Positions 39,305-53,697 of a stretch of 64,000 nt of DNA are shown piece after piece. The notes below the pieces were generated by a model, which saw only the letters and a program-made list of their open reading frames with translations, was not told the DNA's origin and ran no database searches. Positions within the stretch are counted from its first letter, which is position 1. Each line of letters opens with the position of its first letter. This DNA is from Octopus vulgaris. Its lineage: Eukaryota. A program made the translations under genes and the position numbers. The stretch spans positions 54,436,001 through 54,500,000 of the forward strand of contig OX597816.1 of NCBI GenBank assembly GCA_951406725.2, written 5' to 3'.

Positions 39305-39485
39305 TACTCTTACTCTTTTACTCTTTTACTTGTTTCAGTCATTTGACTGCGGCCATGTTGGAGCACCGCCTTTAGTCGGCCCGAGGCTATAGTAGAAGAC
39401 ACTTGCCCAAGATGCCACGCAGTGGGACTGAACCCGGAGTCATGTGGTTGGTAAGCAAGCTACTTACCACACAGCCACTCCTGTG

Positions 39486-39487
<2 letters not shown>
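39305..39487 (-). mobile_element. tRNA-derived SINE family B (CORE-like), short variant
   Basis: Minus strand GGCACAGGAGTGGCTGTGTGGTAAG..GGGTTCAGTCCC..TTGGGCAAGTGTC; tail (AAGAGTA)n. Confidence 0.85.
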
Positions 39488-39529
<42 letters not shown>

Positions 39530-40163
39530 TGTGCGTGTGTGTACATAGATACATATACGACTTGTGTTGTTAGAGCGCGGCATTCTGGGACACTGATGTT
39601 TGGACTTGTGTCTCATCACCCAAAATAAAGTTCTTTTTATCGCTTGCCAGATGTAAGCATCCGTCAGCAAACAATTGTATTCGCTAAAACCGTAAGAAAA
39701 GCTGTCATCGTAAAAGGAAGAGGTTATTCTCTTAAGACGTATACCAGGATCGACCAACATAATTTGCACTAGGACCTGTCAAGTGACACGGTAAGAATAA
39801 TATGCGAATATAACCATTTCAGATATCGCTGTGGTCGGTGTAAAGGACGAACGTGTGTGTGTTTGTGTGTGTGTGTGTGTGCATATACATATACACACAC
39901 ATACATGTGCGCGCGCGTACACATATGTATAGTAGATGCAAGGAACATCATAGGTTGATCACGCTTGTATGAGAGATTAAGAACTCTAATTAAAATAGCC
40001 TGACCAGATCTTAACAAAGACTCCAACACACTGGATGTGAACAGGACGTCAGATCCTGGTTATGTTAAGCCATGACTTCAACGAACTCTCTTATCTTTAT
40101 TCCATAATCTCACTCACCATTATTATTACTTATTTTTATTAGAAATTGCCATTACATGCTAAG

Positions 40164-40345
40164 TCTTCTTCTTCTTCTTCTTCTTCTTCTTCTTCTTCTT
40201 CTTCTTCTTCTTCTTCTTCTTCTTCTTCTTCTTCTTCTTCTTCTTCTTCTTCTTCTTCTTCTTCTTCTTCTTCTCCTCCTCCTCCTCCACCTTCTCCTCC
40301 TCCTCCTCCTCCCCCTTCTCCTCCTCCTCCTCCTCCTCCTCCTCC
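40164..40345 (+). repeat. (TCT)n-(CCT)n polypyrimidine microsatellite
   Basis: Direct inspection. Confidence 0.95.
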
Positions 40346-40478
40346 TCTCTATCACTATTTCCTATTTCACTCACTCACTGTCTACTTTCTTTTTTATCTC
40401 TCTCTTTTTATACAAGCTTTTAAACTCTTTCGCACAATCCAATTTAGCACATAGGAACCCACACAAAAAGGGTACGAA

Positions 40479-40540
<62 letters not shown>

Positions 40541-40554
40541 GCATGTCTCATTTT

Positions 40555-40916
40555 AGTCATTAGGTCGCAGTCACGCTGGGCCTGCTGATTTGAAAAATCT
40601 TGACCCGAATGAACCGGCACTAGTACTTATGATTTTAAAGACAGGCACTCATTCTTGCTATCTGTCACTTTTTGCCGAATCGCTAAGTTACAGGGATGTA
40701 AACACATCAACACCAGCGGTAGGAAATAAACACACACACACATACACACACACTTATATACACACATAAACGACAGCATTCCTCCAGTTTCCATCTACCA
40801 AATCCACTCAAAAGTCATTGGTTTGCGTAAGACACTTGACCAAGGTGCCACGCAGTTGAACTGAACTCAGAGCGACGTTGATGGAAAGCAAGATTTTTAA
40901 CCACACAATCACGCCT
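40555..40916 (-). mobile_element. SINE family B, diverged long variant
   Basis: Homologous to 39305-39487 and 54440-54792. Confidence 0.7.
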
Positions 40917-41024
40917 ATAATGCATAGGTATGCAAGTATGTATGCATGGCTGTATGTATATATGTAGCAAAAATTGAAAAAGGGGACAAACGCTCAGGAT
41001 GTTATTAAAACATTTATATCTCCA

Positions 41025-41118
41025 TATCTTCTACATATGTTCCGATGGATGCATTAAAAAAATACGTCCGACAGGGAGAATTATGGTCAGCTATGCATCA
41101 ATCCCATCAGGATAGATA
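41025..41118 (-). ncRNA. Degenerate hammerhead motif (two core substitutions)
   Basis: tatctatc CTGATGG gat.gatgcat..atgcatc.atc GGAA catatg TA gaagata. Confidence 0.5.
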
Positions 41119-41517
41119 TAAACAACAGCACATAGAAAAAGACATACATACACATACACTCATACATATACTCTCAACACATACATAAATACATACGTAT
41201 ATGTTACTAGACATTTACGACAATCTGCTCATATGCATAAACACACGTTCACATACAACCACCAGAGCATAAATATCCCCAAACATATATAGACCAATCA
41301 CATACTTACTTAATCATATATATACGTTTGCATAGAAGCATAATATATATACATACAGGAACAAAACCAGATATATGCGCATATACATATATGGAAAACG
41401 AAGTAGTGAGAGAACGTTAAAAATTTAAGTTTCGTTAAGGAAATATACTTGATAGGGTGAGAGAAGAATAAAAGGTATAGAAAGACAAGGAACGAAAAAA
41501 AAGGTAAAATGTGTGTA

Positions 41518-41577
<60 letters not shown>

Positions 41578-42259
41578 GGAGAGAGTATTTCTTTATTCAC
41601 CATAAGGTTGAGAAAAAGAGGGACAAAACAAACGTTGGGGTCAGGGTATCGAATGAGACGAAACGTATGAATAAACAAACAATTAAAATATATACAATTA
41701 AATGAGAATGAGTGAATAATAAAAAATGAAGCGGAGGACGCGGTTGACCCCACAAACCACATACTCACACTGAAGACTTTGCTTTCTCCTTTTTTATATT
41801 CTCGATTAAACAGGTTCTTTCACTCGCAACATACTTGCTATAGACTTCCATCTTTTACGAAACACACTTTGCGACAGGCATTTCTTCTCCAGCCTTGTTT
41901 TCTGTTTCATGTGGAAAACGAAAAAGTCGATTAGCTCGAGACTGGAGATAAACATGCTTGTTGCAATTCCTTTTACTCTCATCTTCCATACAGAGAGAGG
42001 AGAGGGTAACGAGCAAAACTGTATAGATAAAAGTAGGGAGAGAAAAAAGAAGGGAGGAATTAAAGTTTTGGGAAGTAAGATGGAAGAACAAAGAAAAGAT
42101 AATTTGCAGAAAACTATTATTAGGTAACGGGTAGATACTATTTGAAAAAACTGAAAGAATGTTTTTTCCAGTACGTCCACTTGTAAACTCTCTCCGTAAA
42201 CCTGTTTACCAGTTTATGTTTGGAAAATTGTACACTCATATGTATAAATGTATGTATCT

Positions 42260-43725
42260 CATTCAGATTTATTACATGATTTTTTTGTCAATAGAGAAAG
42301 ATCCGGTTTCTAACCTAGTTGCTAGGCTCCTTCATGGGAGTTTCAACATCAACAACTGGGTATTTTTGTATGTATGTATGTATTTATATATGTATAATTA
42401 CAGGTATAAACCTGAACTTGTAATCTCGATACAGCAACTGCAGATTTTTCAATAGTTCAGCGTAGGTATTCTCTTTTTCACTGATCCTCAGCTTTATGTT
42501 AACATCCGCTGGGCATCACAAATCATTATATCAGGTCTGTTGTGCTTACATTTTATTAAGGTCTTCACTGGGATGTTCCACCAGTACTCCCTGCTATTAT
42601 GAGCGGCTATGGCCTCTACCATACTGTGGGTTCTCATTTCTTTGTCCCCGGTTTAGTCTTTCGAAAGACTTAATTATAGAGTGCCCTAGCTACAACATCA
42701 CATCTCATCGGCAGATATTACCGTGATGACCTTTTTGGACAACTGCTTATGATGAGGGTGATATCTTCGGTGTTAACTTCACAAAGTCTGCTTCGGTTAT
42801 CATATTTTGCTGCTTTTCTTGCATCTCTGTCCCTTTTGTGCATTTTGTGCATGATACGTTGCGGTAGATTCGTGCGACTACTTTGACATATATTCTAGGT
42901 TATCAGACAAGGAATGTTGCACAAGGAGTTACCTTTCGAGTCTTATGATGTTATCAGCCTCGCATATGCAAACTTGGTAAAGGGATGCACTTGAGCACTT
43001 GATGGTTAAAAGATGTTGCCGAAGTGATATGATATGACATTCTAAGGCGTTTTGGATCGATATTAAGCCTCTGCCAACTTGTCTTTGTTGTAGGTAGGGG
43101 CGGTCTACAGCACTTTTTATATGGAACTTGCGTGCTTGTTAGTATTTTTTGGGTTTTCACATCAATGGCTTGAATCACATTAAGCGTCCATTCAAGCAGT
43201 CCAAATGTTAGTATGAGTACTGGCACTGCAAACACGTTTGCAGTTTCTCTTCATTGTGTTTCACTTCTCTATCTCAAATCATTATATCAGGTCTATTATG
43301 TTTACATTTTACTGAGGAGATTTACAGTTTACAGGGAGATTCCACCAGTACTCCTTTTTATTATGAGTGGTTATGGATTCCACCATACAGTGGGTTCTTG
43401 TTTCTTTGTCACCGGGGTTATCCTTTCAACGGATATCGTTATTCAGCTACGACATCATATTCCAACGGTAGATAATGCAATAATGACATTTTCGGGAAAC
43501 TGCTTATGATGTGGGTGATACCTTTGGTGTTATCTCCACAAAGTCTGCATCGTCTATCAAATTTTACTATTTTTCCTGCATCTCAATCCCTTTTGTGCAT
43601 CAGGTATTTGGTTGATGTTCCCTCTTCTGGGATTGTAAACGCATACTCTTCAGCTTTTCAACGTGGGAGGTAGTAATCCGATTGTTGGTCCTTGATGGAC
43701 TGCTTTGATGATCAATATTACTATG
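42260..43725 (-). mobile_element. Rearranged double fragment of the (CATA)n-associated RLE LINE, including 3' UTR
   Basis: CPADVNIKLRISEKENTYAELLKNLQLLYRDYKFRFIPVII; zinc-finger region present twice (42510-42850, 43270-43710). Confidence 0.75.
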
Positions 43726-44109
43726 ATGTATGTATGTATGTATGTATGTATGTATGTATGTATGTATGTATGTATGTATGTATGTATGTATGTATGTGTG
43801 TGTGTGTATGTATGTATGTGTGTCTATGTATGCATGCATTCATGTATGTATGAATGTGAGCCTGTTTGTCTACATACACATAAAGGTATGAAAAGTATAT
43901 ATGTATACGTATTTAACCAAATGTCTTCCATAGGGATAGTCGAATTCATAAGAGGAGCTTTATTGATAGCCCCACTATTCTCTACATCCACATACTTATA
44001 ATAAATTAGTCACCACATCACTTGAAGTAGACTGACTGACTACATTCTGCGAGCTTCAAAATCGCTAGTAGTATTCGCACACCTAACTATGCATACAGGA
44101 AATACTAGG

Positions 44110-44361
<252 letters not shown>

Positions 44362-44981
44362 CACACTTACATACATACACACATATTTATATATATATAT
44401 ATGTATATAAATATGTACTTACAATATTCACGCACATATATTTTCAAAAACATCGCGTGTCAGCGTGTGAGAAAGCAGACTCACACATGTGTCAGTGAAT
44501 TGTGTGTGTGTTAAATAAAGAAGGCGATATTCTGCAACATATAATCATAGAAAATTACTCAATATCTACAGAAATTTCTATCAGAAGAGACAGTATCTTA
44601 ATTTCTCTATCAATATAAATTATATACAATGTAGTGTCGTCTGTGTGTTTCTAGAAACTGTAACGGTAGATGTAATGGAGCTATTTCAGATATGTTTTGC
44701 TAATATAACACATTTCTACATCAGGCAGCACAGTTTTGAAAGAAAGCAGGTGTTTGTGAAGATTATCATCAAATATCATCAACTTGCTCAGGGATCCTTA
44801 TTGACACGGATGCAGAGTAGCAGAGCAGTGTTAAAATTAATTTCCCCCCTTCTTTGCACACGTATTGCATACACATACACACTGACATTATTACCTGCAT
44901 ATAGATATGTGTATATATACATAAAATCATACATATATACATATATATGTATGCATGTATGTATGCATGTATGTATGTATG

Positions 44982-45079
<98 letters not shown>

Positions 45080-45300
45080 TATTCTTTTATTCTTTTATTC
45101 TTTTATTCTTTTACTTGTTTGAGTCATTTTGACTGTGACCATGTTGGAGCACCGCGTTTTAGTCAAAGAAACCAACACCAGGACTTACACTTTGTAAACG
45201 CGGTACTTACTCTATCGCCATCTTTTGCTGAGCCGCTAAGTTACAGGGCTGTAAACACACCAGCAACAGTTGTCAAGCGATGGTGGAGACAAAAACACAA
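45080..45300 (-). mobile_element. SINE family B 3' part
   Basis: TTTTACTTGTTTGAGTCATTTTGACTGTGACCATGTTGGAGCACCGC matches 39323-39369. Confidence 0.75.
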
Positions 45301-45374
45301 ATACACACACACACACACACACACATGTGTACATATATTAGAAAGTTTGGAGGTGATGTGCAGATATTATATAT

Positions 45375-45617
45375 TAGAAGAAAATAAGGTACTCAGAAAT
45401 TTGGATGGTTGTACATTTACAGATTTTTATTAATATGTCACGTGTTTTTATAAATCATATATTAGCGCTTGCATCTACTCTAGTAGATTCTTTAGAATTG
45501 AAGAATCTACTAGAGTAGATGCAAGCGCTTATACATGATTTATAAAAGCATGTGACATATTAATAAAAATCTGTAAATGTACAACCATCTAGATTTCTGA
45601 GTACCTTATTTTTTCTA
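45375..45617. repeat. Long palindrome, ~118-bp arms, 8-nt loop
   Basis: 45375-45492 vs 45501-45617; mirrored peptide NKVLRNLDGCTFTDFY on both strands. Confidence 0.93.
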
Positions 45618-45794
45618 TGTTCATATATATATATACACGACATATATGTACGTATGCATGTATGTATGTATGTATGTATGTATGTATGTATGTATGTATG
45701 TATGTATGTATGTATGTATGTATGTATGTATGTATGTATGTATGTATGTTTGTTTGTTTGTATGTATGTATGGGCACGTATTTTATGTTGTGTA

Positions 45795-46460
45795 CGAGGT
45801 CTGATCAATAAGTATCCGGTATGTTGCCATAGTAACGGAGCTAAAGCACGCAGAGTAGAGCTGCTTGGCACAGATTGACCGTAAACATTGCTATGCATGT
45901 GCACTAAATTTCAACGTTCTAGCTCACTTCTGCTGTAAACTTCCGCTGTTTACAGCAGTGCTTGGAAGAAACGTGTATGGTATGTGATCGTCGCATTGAC
46001 CTTGATAGAGAAACCTGTCGTGGTGATGCCTGCTTAGAGGCCTACGCTAAATTGCAGAAAGTGTCTGGAGAAGAGTGTGTAAGCCGAACACATGTGTACA
46101 AGTGGTTCACACATTTCCAGGACGGCCGAAAAAAATGTTGATATTGACGAACGTTCTGCGAGACCAGCAACCAGCAGTACTGGAAAAAAAAAACATTGCA
46201 GATGTGCGTGCAGCTGTGAGGGGAAATCGTCGAGTTACCATCCGTGAGTTATGAGAGGATGTGCAGATTAGTTACGGTTCAGTTCAGTCCATTATCACTG
46301 AAGATTTGGGTATGAGACGAGTGTCTGTGGAGTTGAGGCAAAACTGCTTTCAGCTGACCAAAAAGGCACTCGGGTTTCAGGTGTACGAGATTTCTTTGAT
46401 TGTGTCGAAAACGATGAAAATTTTTGAAAACTTTGCGTAGGCCTCTGAGAAGACACCTAC
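45795..46460 (+). mobile_element. Truncated mariner transposon
   Basis: TA-CGAGGTCTGATCAATAAGTATCCGG left TIR; VSRTHVYKWFTHFQDGR..DERSARP remnant. Confidence 0.8.
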
Positions 46461-46469
46461 ACCCACATC

Positions 46470-47490
46470 ATGCAGGTCATTCAGGTATAGTGGAAGGATA
46501 TTGAAGATATGTGGGCCCTTGAAAACCCAACCTATTGCAGTATCTGGTCCTTGGCACTATGCAGTGGTGTCCTGTTCTGCTGTTTGTGTAGCTTTCAATG
46601 ACAAAATTTGATACAAAGCCTTCCACGATTTTCCAGATGTATATCACTGCATATCTTTCCCGCTTTCCTTCTAGGAGGAAAATTTTTAACGCTTTGAGCC
46701 TTTCCCAGTAGCTGATATGTTGCGCTTAGGTGATTTCCTGTGTGTAGCTTCGTTGGATTGCTTCGAGTTGCGATGTTAATTTTATACTGGTTGGTGACTA
46801 CATTTGGGAGCAGTAGTCCAAGCCGCTGAAGAGGTATGCCCTCCAAAGTACCATCATATTTTCCTTTCCTCTCGTTTGGGAAGTTCGCAGGATCCATCAC
46901 GCTAACCGTCTGCATTTTATTATCAAATTAGTAATATGCACCTGGAAAGACGAATCATCACTCACGCACTGATTTTGACTCAAGGATTGCAGTTCCTCCC
47001 GGTCTAGTGTATCCTGTCTGCATGTCGTTCAGCTTTATGTACTGGCAGCAGAGAAATTGGAATTAAGCTGCCTGTTGTCCTCAGACCACCTGCATATTGC
47101 GTCCGACTCACGTTGCAGATGCGCAATATTTCCAGGGTTTTGGATTGTCTGAGAGGCTTTTCGTGTCATCTGCATAGTTAACGAGGGTGGTTATCCGAGC
47201 AGCTGAGGGCTTGTCTGAGAGAGTCACTATAAATAGCTGTGGCCGTAAGATAGTGCCCTGTGAACGCCACTAGCTATTTGTGTCTCCTTTGAGGTGGCTC
47301 CATTGACCACCACTGCCTGACGTCTATCTTTTAGAAAGTCGTGTAGTCATTCTCCTAGTTTTCTTACTATGTTGAGATCTCGCAGCTTGTGGCATATCAT
47401 ACCATGGTCGACTTTACCAAAGGAGTTTGCAAAGTCCAGATATATCACGTGCACACTTAAGTCACGTAGTAGTTGTTTTAACACACACTC
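46470..47490 (-). pseudogene. CR1-type reverse transcriptase fragment
   Basis: YLDFANSFGKVDHG..FLKDRRQAVVVNG..QGTIL.PQLF..NYADDT. Confidence 0.85.
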
Positions 47491-48133
47491 AAAATATATT
47501 CCAGACACAGATACAGCCTCGTATTAGAAACTGAAGGAGCGGAAATGTGAAAATCTGACTTCTGGAACTTATTAGATTTTCAGTTCTATCTATTAAACCA
47601 TATTCTACGTTTACGTATTCTTGGTGTATTAGCACACGTAGACACTCACATACATGTATATGTATATGTATGTATGTATGTATGTATCTAGATAGCCAGC
47701 AATCTATATGCATATATATATGTACATGTATATATATATATGTATGTACACACGCGCACGCGTTTATGTATATATGTACATATATGCATTCAAATATATA
47801 TATTTATATATGTATATATTTACATGTATACAAGTGTATACAAGCATATGCATATATATATGTGTGTGTGTGTGTAAATATATATATATCATAATCCCAC
47901 TTTTCTAATAAATATATGTGTGTGTCTGTGTTTGTATGTGTGTACGTATGCATATGTATATATATATGCATGTATGCAAATACATAAATACAAATATATA
48001 TAGGTATGTGCATATATATATGCGTATACATGCATGCACATGTTTATGTATATATGTACATATATGCATACAAATATATATATATATATATATATGTATA
48101 TATTTACATGTATACAAGTGTATACAAGCATCT

Positions 48134-48178
<45 letters not shown>

Positions 48179-49408
48179 CACGTGTCGACAAGCATATGCA
48201 TATATGTGTGTATGTGTGTGTGTGTATACAAGCACATCTGTATGCAAGTATATCATAACGCAATATTTGTACATTGTAAATTGTAAGCCAATAGAATAGT
48301 ATTTTCTGGTGTTATTTGTAGTTTTCCCCTGAAGCAACAACTTAACCATTTTGATTTCGAGATGAAAGCTATCAGTTGTTGTTAGCAAACATCACGTGAA
48401 TATTTTACTATTTAACATACTTGCACGCGCGCACATACACTCGCGCACACACACACGCGCACACACACGCGCACACACACACGCGCACACACATACGCGC
48501 ACACACACACGCGCACACACAAAACATACATACACACACACAAATTCACAGTTTCAGCTGTACTTTTTTTTTGTATTCTTCCTGTCTTTTATCTAATTTT
48601 TCATTGACAACATCTGATATTATACATTTCCAGGAAACTGGCAAGACAGTAAATTTGTAAATTTCTCTTGCTTTCAACTCCGCCCGTGCAAGTCTCGGGA
48701 GACAATGGTGAGATTATCAGGAAAAGAAAGGAATCAACTAAATAAATAAATAAGATTATTAATGAGAATCGTGTAATCAGCGAGTTGAATCTAGGTTGGG
48801 AGCTGGAATTGGCTTCAGTGAACTGTTAATCGTCAGCAATATGGCCGACATTTTATAGATATGTGCAGTCGCGTATGTGTGTGTGTGTATGTATGTGCGT
48901 GTGTGCGCGTGCGCTTCGTTATGTGTATCTACTTACTTGTATGACTGTCTGCGGGTGAAGGTCACATGCTTTATATTAAACCAACGTAGACATTATTAAT
49001 TAGAAAATAATCTTGTTTCGATGAAAGCTGATGTCTTTGTTATTTTATAGCCCCAGGTTATCATTGATTCAGTGATGACAGGTCGTTCATCTAGAATTAT
49101 CTCATGTTTATCTTCCACGGTCAAAGTAGCAAGGTTAGCACTCATCTTTGTTTAGCGCCATAAGTGAATTTGCAGCATCCTGAAAGCTTCTAAATTAACC
49201 CAAGGGCCCATGACTCCTAAAGCATTTTTAAGACGGTAGGGAGTGTGTTGATGAGGATTAGGCTGTTATATCTAGTAGGACGTTCGGGGAGACACTGTAA
49301 AGGGAGCTTAGAACAATGCTGGTCTTTGTTTCATCAAACATTTCGAAGAGTCAGTGAAAGATGAAACTTTTGTCTGTACAACTGATGCTGCTGCAGCTAT
49401 TACTACAA

Positions 49409-49410
<2 letters not shown>

Positions 49411-49497
<87 letters not shown>
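49411..49497 (+). repeat. (TAC)n microsatellite
   Basis: Direct inspection. Confidence 0.95.
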
Positions 49498-49608
49498 AAG
49501 ATAAGACATATTTTCAAGATGTGTTGCCGTCCATATTGAAATGTTTTATCAGCCCTATCGAAAATCAAATGGGGAAAAAAACTAGTAAATATATATATGC
49601 ATACATAC

Positions 49609-49684
<76 letters not shown>

Positions 49685-49959
49685 GTATATGTATATATAC
49701 ATATATATATAAAAATGTATGTGTGTTTTTTCAATGTGTACAAATAACACGGAAAAAATATATAAATAGTTACCAGAGTAGCAAAATTTCACATAAGTTG
49801 CAAGGATGTAACAGCCTACTTAGAAAGATCGAAATTCCAGCGTCTAGTGAAATGTTTTTGCATGACACAGATAAATAAAGAAATGGAATTAAACGCAGGA
49901 GTTATTCAAATCTTTATACTTCGTACATATGTTTCGAAGAAAACATTGGTATTATCACA

Positions 49960-51810
49960 GGCCTTAGTGAGGACTTGACACATTCCTTAAATCGCAACTT
50001 TGGTTTTGTTGGGATCTCTTTCCATTCACAAGTTCCCCATATAGCATCTGCTTAGGGATCCTGCTATCCATCATTCTAATAAGGTGTCCAGTCCAACGCA
50101 ACAGGTGCTTGTGCACCATCGCCTCAATACTCAAGATATCAGCTGTCCTCAGGACCTGTGTGTCTGGAGTTTTTAAGCTCCTACCAACATTCAGAATGTG
50201 CCTGACATCTCTGATGAAAGTGTTCAAGGGCCCTTACATGCCGTTTCTAAAGGGTTCATGTCTCACATGAGTAAAGAAGCGATGTCAGTACACATGCACG
50301 GTACACAGCAATTTTTGTTTTCTTTGTGATGCTATGCTGGGACCAGACACGAGACTGAAGAGACGGGAAGGAATCAGTTGCTCTCTGCAGCCTGAAAGAT
50401 ATTTCATCATCCATGCAGCAAGAACAGTTTAGTGCTAGATTTCGCTGCCTAGCTGAAAGTCCTCTGTGCAGTAATACATTGTGGCCATGGAGATTTACAA
50501 CCAATCGTCACTGAACGTCAGCATCATTTTCATCAAATGAGTCTCTGTGTCTGGCAGTATCGTATCCCAGTGTCTCAGTAGTACATTGAAGAATCTGGTC
50601 TCGAAAAATCTTCCCATACTGTATTTTCAATGCTGGACAAGCGAGTCTGAAGCTCTTTCCTCAGCACAGCATCATATATCTTGTGGACATTCAGACGCCG
50701 AGGAAAGCTGACTGGCCTTCTCTCTTTCACTCTAATCATCATCCGGAACTTTGCTCGCACCAGATTGTGGTCTGTCCAGTATTTCGATCCATGAAAGGAC
50801 TTGACATTACAAATGTCATAGATGTCACGCTTGCGGATGATAACATAATCCGACAAGTGCCAAACTTTAGACCTTTGATGCATCCACGTTGTTGTGTGAT
50901 CACCTTTGTGCATAAAATGGGTGCTTGTGATGTAAAGTCCATGTCCATCACAAAGCTCCAGCAGCATGAGACCATTGCTATTCATTTTTCCTACACCAAA
51001 ACGTCCTAGAGAGTTCCATGTTTGCCAGTCTGTTCCAACCCTAGCATTGAAATCCCCCAGTGGAATGACTTTTTCAGAATTTTGGATTTTCCTAAGTATG
51101 GCTCCCCGCTGGGCATAAAAATACTTTTATCTTCATCACAACTAGTGAAAGTAGGTACATAGGTACATTAGAGTAGCAAACCGCCCACCTTTCAGGTGCA
51201 ATCGTAGAATAATTAGACGTTCATTTATGGGAACAGGAAGCTCCTCCAACTTCTTAAGGATATCAGATCGAACTGAAAAGCCAACATCAGCCTCTCTGCG
51301 CTCGCCCTTCTGCCTCCCCTTCCCAAAATAGCTGAATCCACCTCCTACTTCCTCTAGCTGACCTTCACTTTCTATACGAGTCTCTGAAAGCGCAGCTATA
51401 TCAATGTAATAGCAGTTGAGTTCGCGTGCAACAAGTACAGTGCTTCTTTTAGGCCTATAACCATTCTTGTTATCCAACAGAGTGCGCAGATTCCAACATG
51501 AAATGTTCAAATTCCATCCAGATTTTAAAAAAATATGTCTCTTCGGTTTTCGAGCACAGGGTGGACACCCGTCAATGGTGCTAAATTTTGCTTCACCTTT
51601 TCTGGAATCTTCCCGGCCTCAGGATGAGCTGTGCTCTCGCCAAATGGAGCGGCTCACAGACCCATGCAATAACCGAATCCTATCGCTGTCTTGGGTGACA
51701 AGGAGACGACTTCATATCTAGCAAAGGCCGCCTACGTGCATGTCGCTGACTACACGCTTTCAATCTGTCAGGTCTTCACTACCTCCCCATCGCCGCAGGA
51801 TTTCCAAATA
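49960..51810 (-). mobile_element. Internally deleted RTE (BovB-like) LINE
   Basis: APE domain WNLRTLLD..IDIAALSETR..GDFNARVG..TTWMH..DYVI..TDH joined to C-terminal TKIAVYRACVL.SLLY.CET..RWTGHL.RM..RIPKQMLYGEL; RT core missing. Confidence 0.88.
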
Positions 51811-52309
51811 AAAATAAAATAAGTAAATGCTAAAAATAAATAAATATATATAAAAATAAAGACACATATATACTAAAAGTGAAATGATATATATAGAGGA
51901 GAAAGACAGGACATATCGAGCAGAGGTCAGCAATGCCTTTACAGAGTTTTAGATACAATAAGGCTTGCACGACACCTCATAGACCCTCTCCACTCTATTG
52001 ACATTATCCAATGTCAAGCCAGAGCAAGATGTGTCGTACGCTCAGAGATGTGGAAGCGCCATGATCTCTAGCACAAACTAAAGATCCCCAAAATGTCCAA
52101 TGCCATTTCCTGCATATCTGGTATTATATCAGAGTTGCCTTCTCCCAGAGACATGCTTCAACAGAAGCTGAGGGGTGCTTCACTCCCAGTTGTCTTGTAG
52201 CACGCCGGGCACCATCCCGGAATTTCTGCGTACCCGTATTACTGTCAGATAGACGTTGAACCTGCACTAGGTTCAGCCGACCTTTCAACAGGTCTTATTC
52301 TAAATTCTG

Positions 52310-52450
52310 CTGAGTTTCTAGCAACCCTCCTCACCAGGGTAGCCTGGTAGGAGTGCCGGTTTAGTCGCCGATAACCCGAACATACAATATGTTGTACTGG
52401 AATCCATGTTACCAGTAGCATTTTTGAGAGCCTCATAAGTGACCTTGACA
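52310..52450 (-). mobile_element. Retroposon leader (RTE-5'-like), copy 1
   Basis: Homologous to 53470-53590 (GGCGACTAAACCGGCA..CC.ACCA..TGGTGAGGAGGGT); begins right after (TATG)n on its own strand. Confidence 0.55.
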
Positions 52451-52486
52451 TACATACATACATACATACATACATACATACACACA

Positions 52487-52543
<57 letters not shown>

Positions 52544-52683
52544 CGGAGATGTACTTGCATACCAAGGTAACTGGATCTGAGATCGTGTACTGAAACAAAA
52601 AATTGCAGTGTGTAAGATGTTTGTAAGCCATTTAAGAACACACAAAAATCGTTAGCATGACTTCCATCTTTAAATTTAATTTG

Positions 52684-52730
52684 TGTCAAAATATTTTCTT
52701 TGCTTTGAAACCGCGAACTGTTCACTGACA
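52684..52730 (-). ncRNA. Minimal hammerhead motif with G3-C8 swapped core, in (TA)n-anchored element 52542-52765
   Basis: tgtca GTGAACA g ttcgc ggtttcaaa gcaaa GAAA atat TT tgaca. Confidence 0.55.
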
Positions 52731-53469
52731 AAACTTCGTGCTGCATCTGAGAAAGTAACAATTAGTTCATAATATATATGTGTTTATGTATGTGTTTACC
52801 GTGTTGATGTTAAGTCCACCTCTGATCTTGTATTGAAATTTTCTACATAAACCGTGCCAACTATTACCCATTAAGATGCTATATCTGGCTTGGCAGGCTG
52901 TTGCAGGATGAGATGTGTGGCAGGCAGAGGAAAAATGATCAGAGAAGGCGATGGAGTTTTATTGACGGAGTGGAGTTTTTGCGACGACGACGTGTTCAGT
53001 GGTACAGAGGACGCAAATGTAAATAAACATTTCTTTAGAGACTATTCTATCGATTTTGTTGAAATGTTACACGTGAAAAAATGCAAAAGCTGCAGGAAAA
53101 ATAACATCGTTATGGGAATTTCCATTCAAACGCCTGATTGAGCTTCCAAAACCGATGCCAACTGGGCATTATCGGGTTCTCGAAACATTCCAGCCTTATT
53201 TGAACTTCAGGGCATGTGATCTACCTATGTGCCAAAACTCATTAAAATTGGTTGGACGATGTAGGAGGAGTTAGAGTAATCCAAACTCACAGACACCATT
53301 GCACATTTATGTATATGTATGTATATATGTATGTGTGCATCTATGCATGTACGTATGCATATGTGTACATGTGTATGCAAGCATATACGCATATACTCAT
53401 GTATGTATGTGTGTATGTATGTATGTATGTATGTATGTATGTATGTATGTATGTATTATGTATGTATAT

Positions 53470-53697
53470 GTCAGGTCACTTTCGAGTGCTACTGATAACA
53501 TGTAACCCAGTACAACCTGTTGCATGGTCGGATCATCGGCGACTAAACCGGCAACCCCACCAAGCTTGCTTGGTGAGGAGGGTGTTTATTGGACACCCTG
53601 CGGGATGAAAAACAAAACCCGTCAAAGGGTGGATGAACTCTTGAGAGTCAACGGCCATCCAATAAATGTCTTAGGGCTGTATCATGCGCGGGGACAT
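53470..53697 (+). mobile_element. Retroposon leader (RTE-5'-like), copy 2
   Basis: See 52310-52450; also starts after (TATG)n. Confidence 0.55.

Noticed and set aside
41855-42091. THAP-like peptide (CNKH..LFRFP)
   Set aside because: The remaining THAP Trp/Cys/His pattern is not seen in frame.
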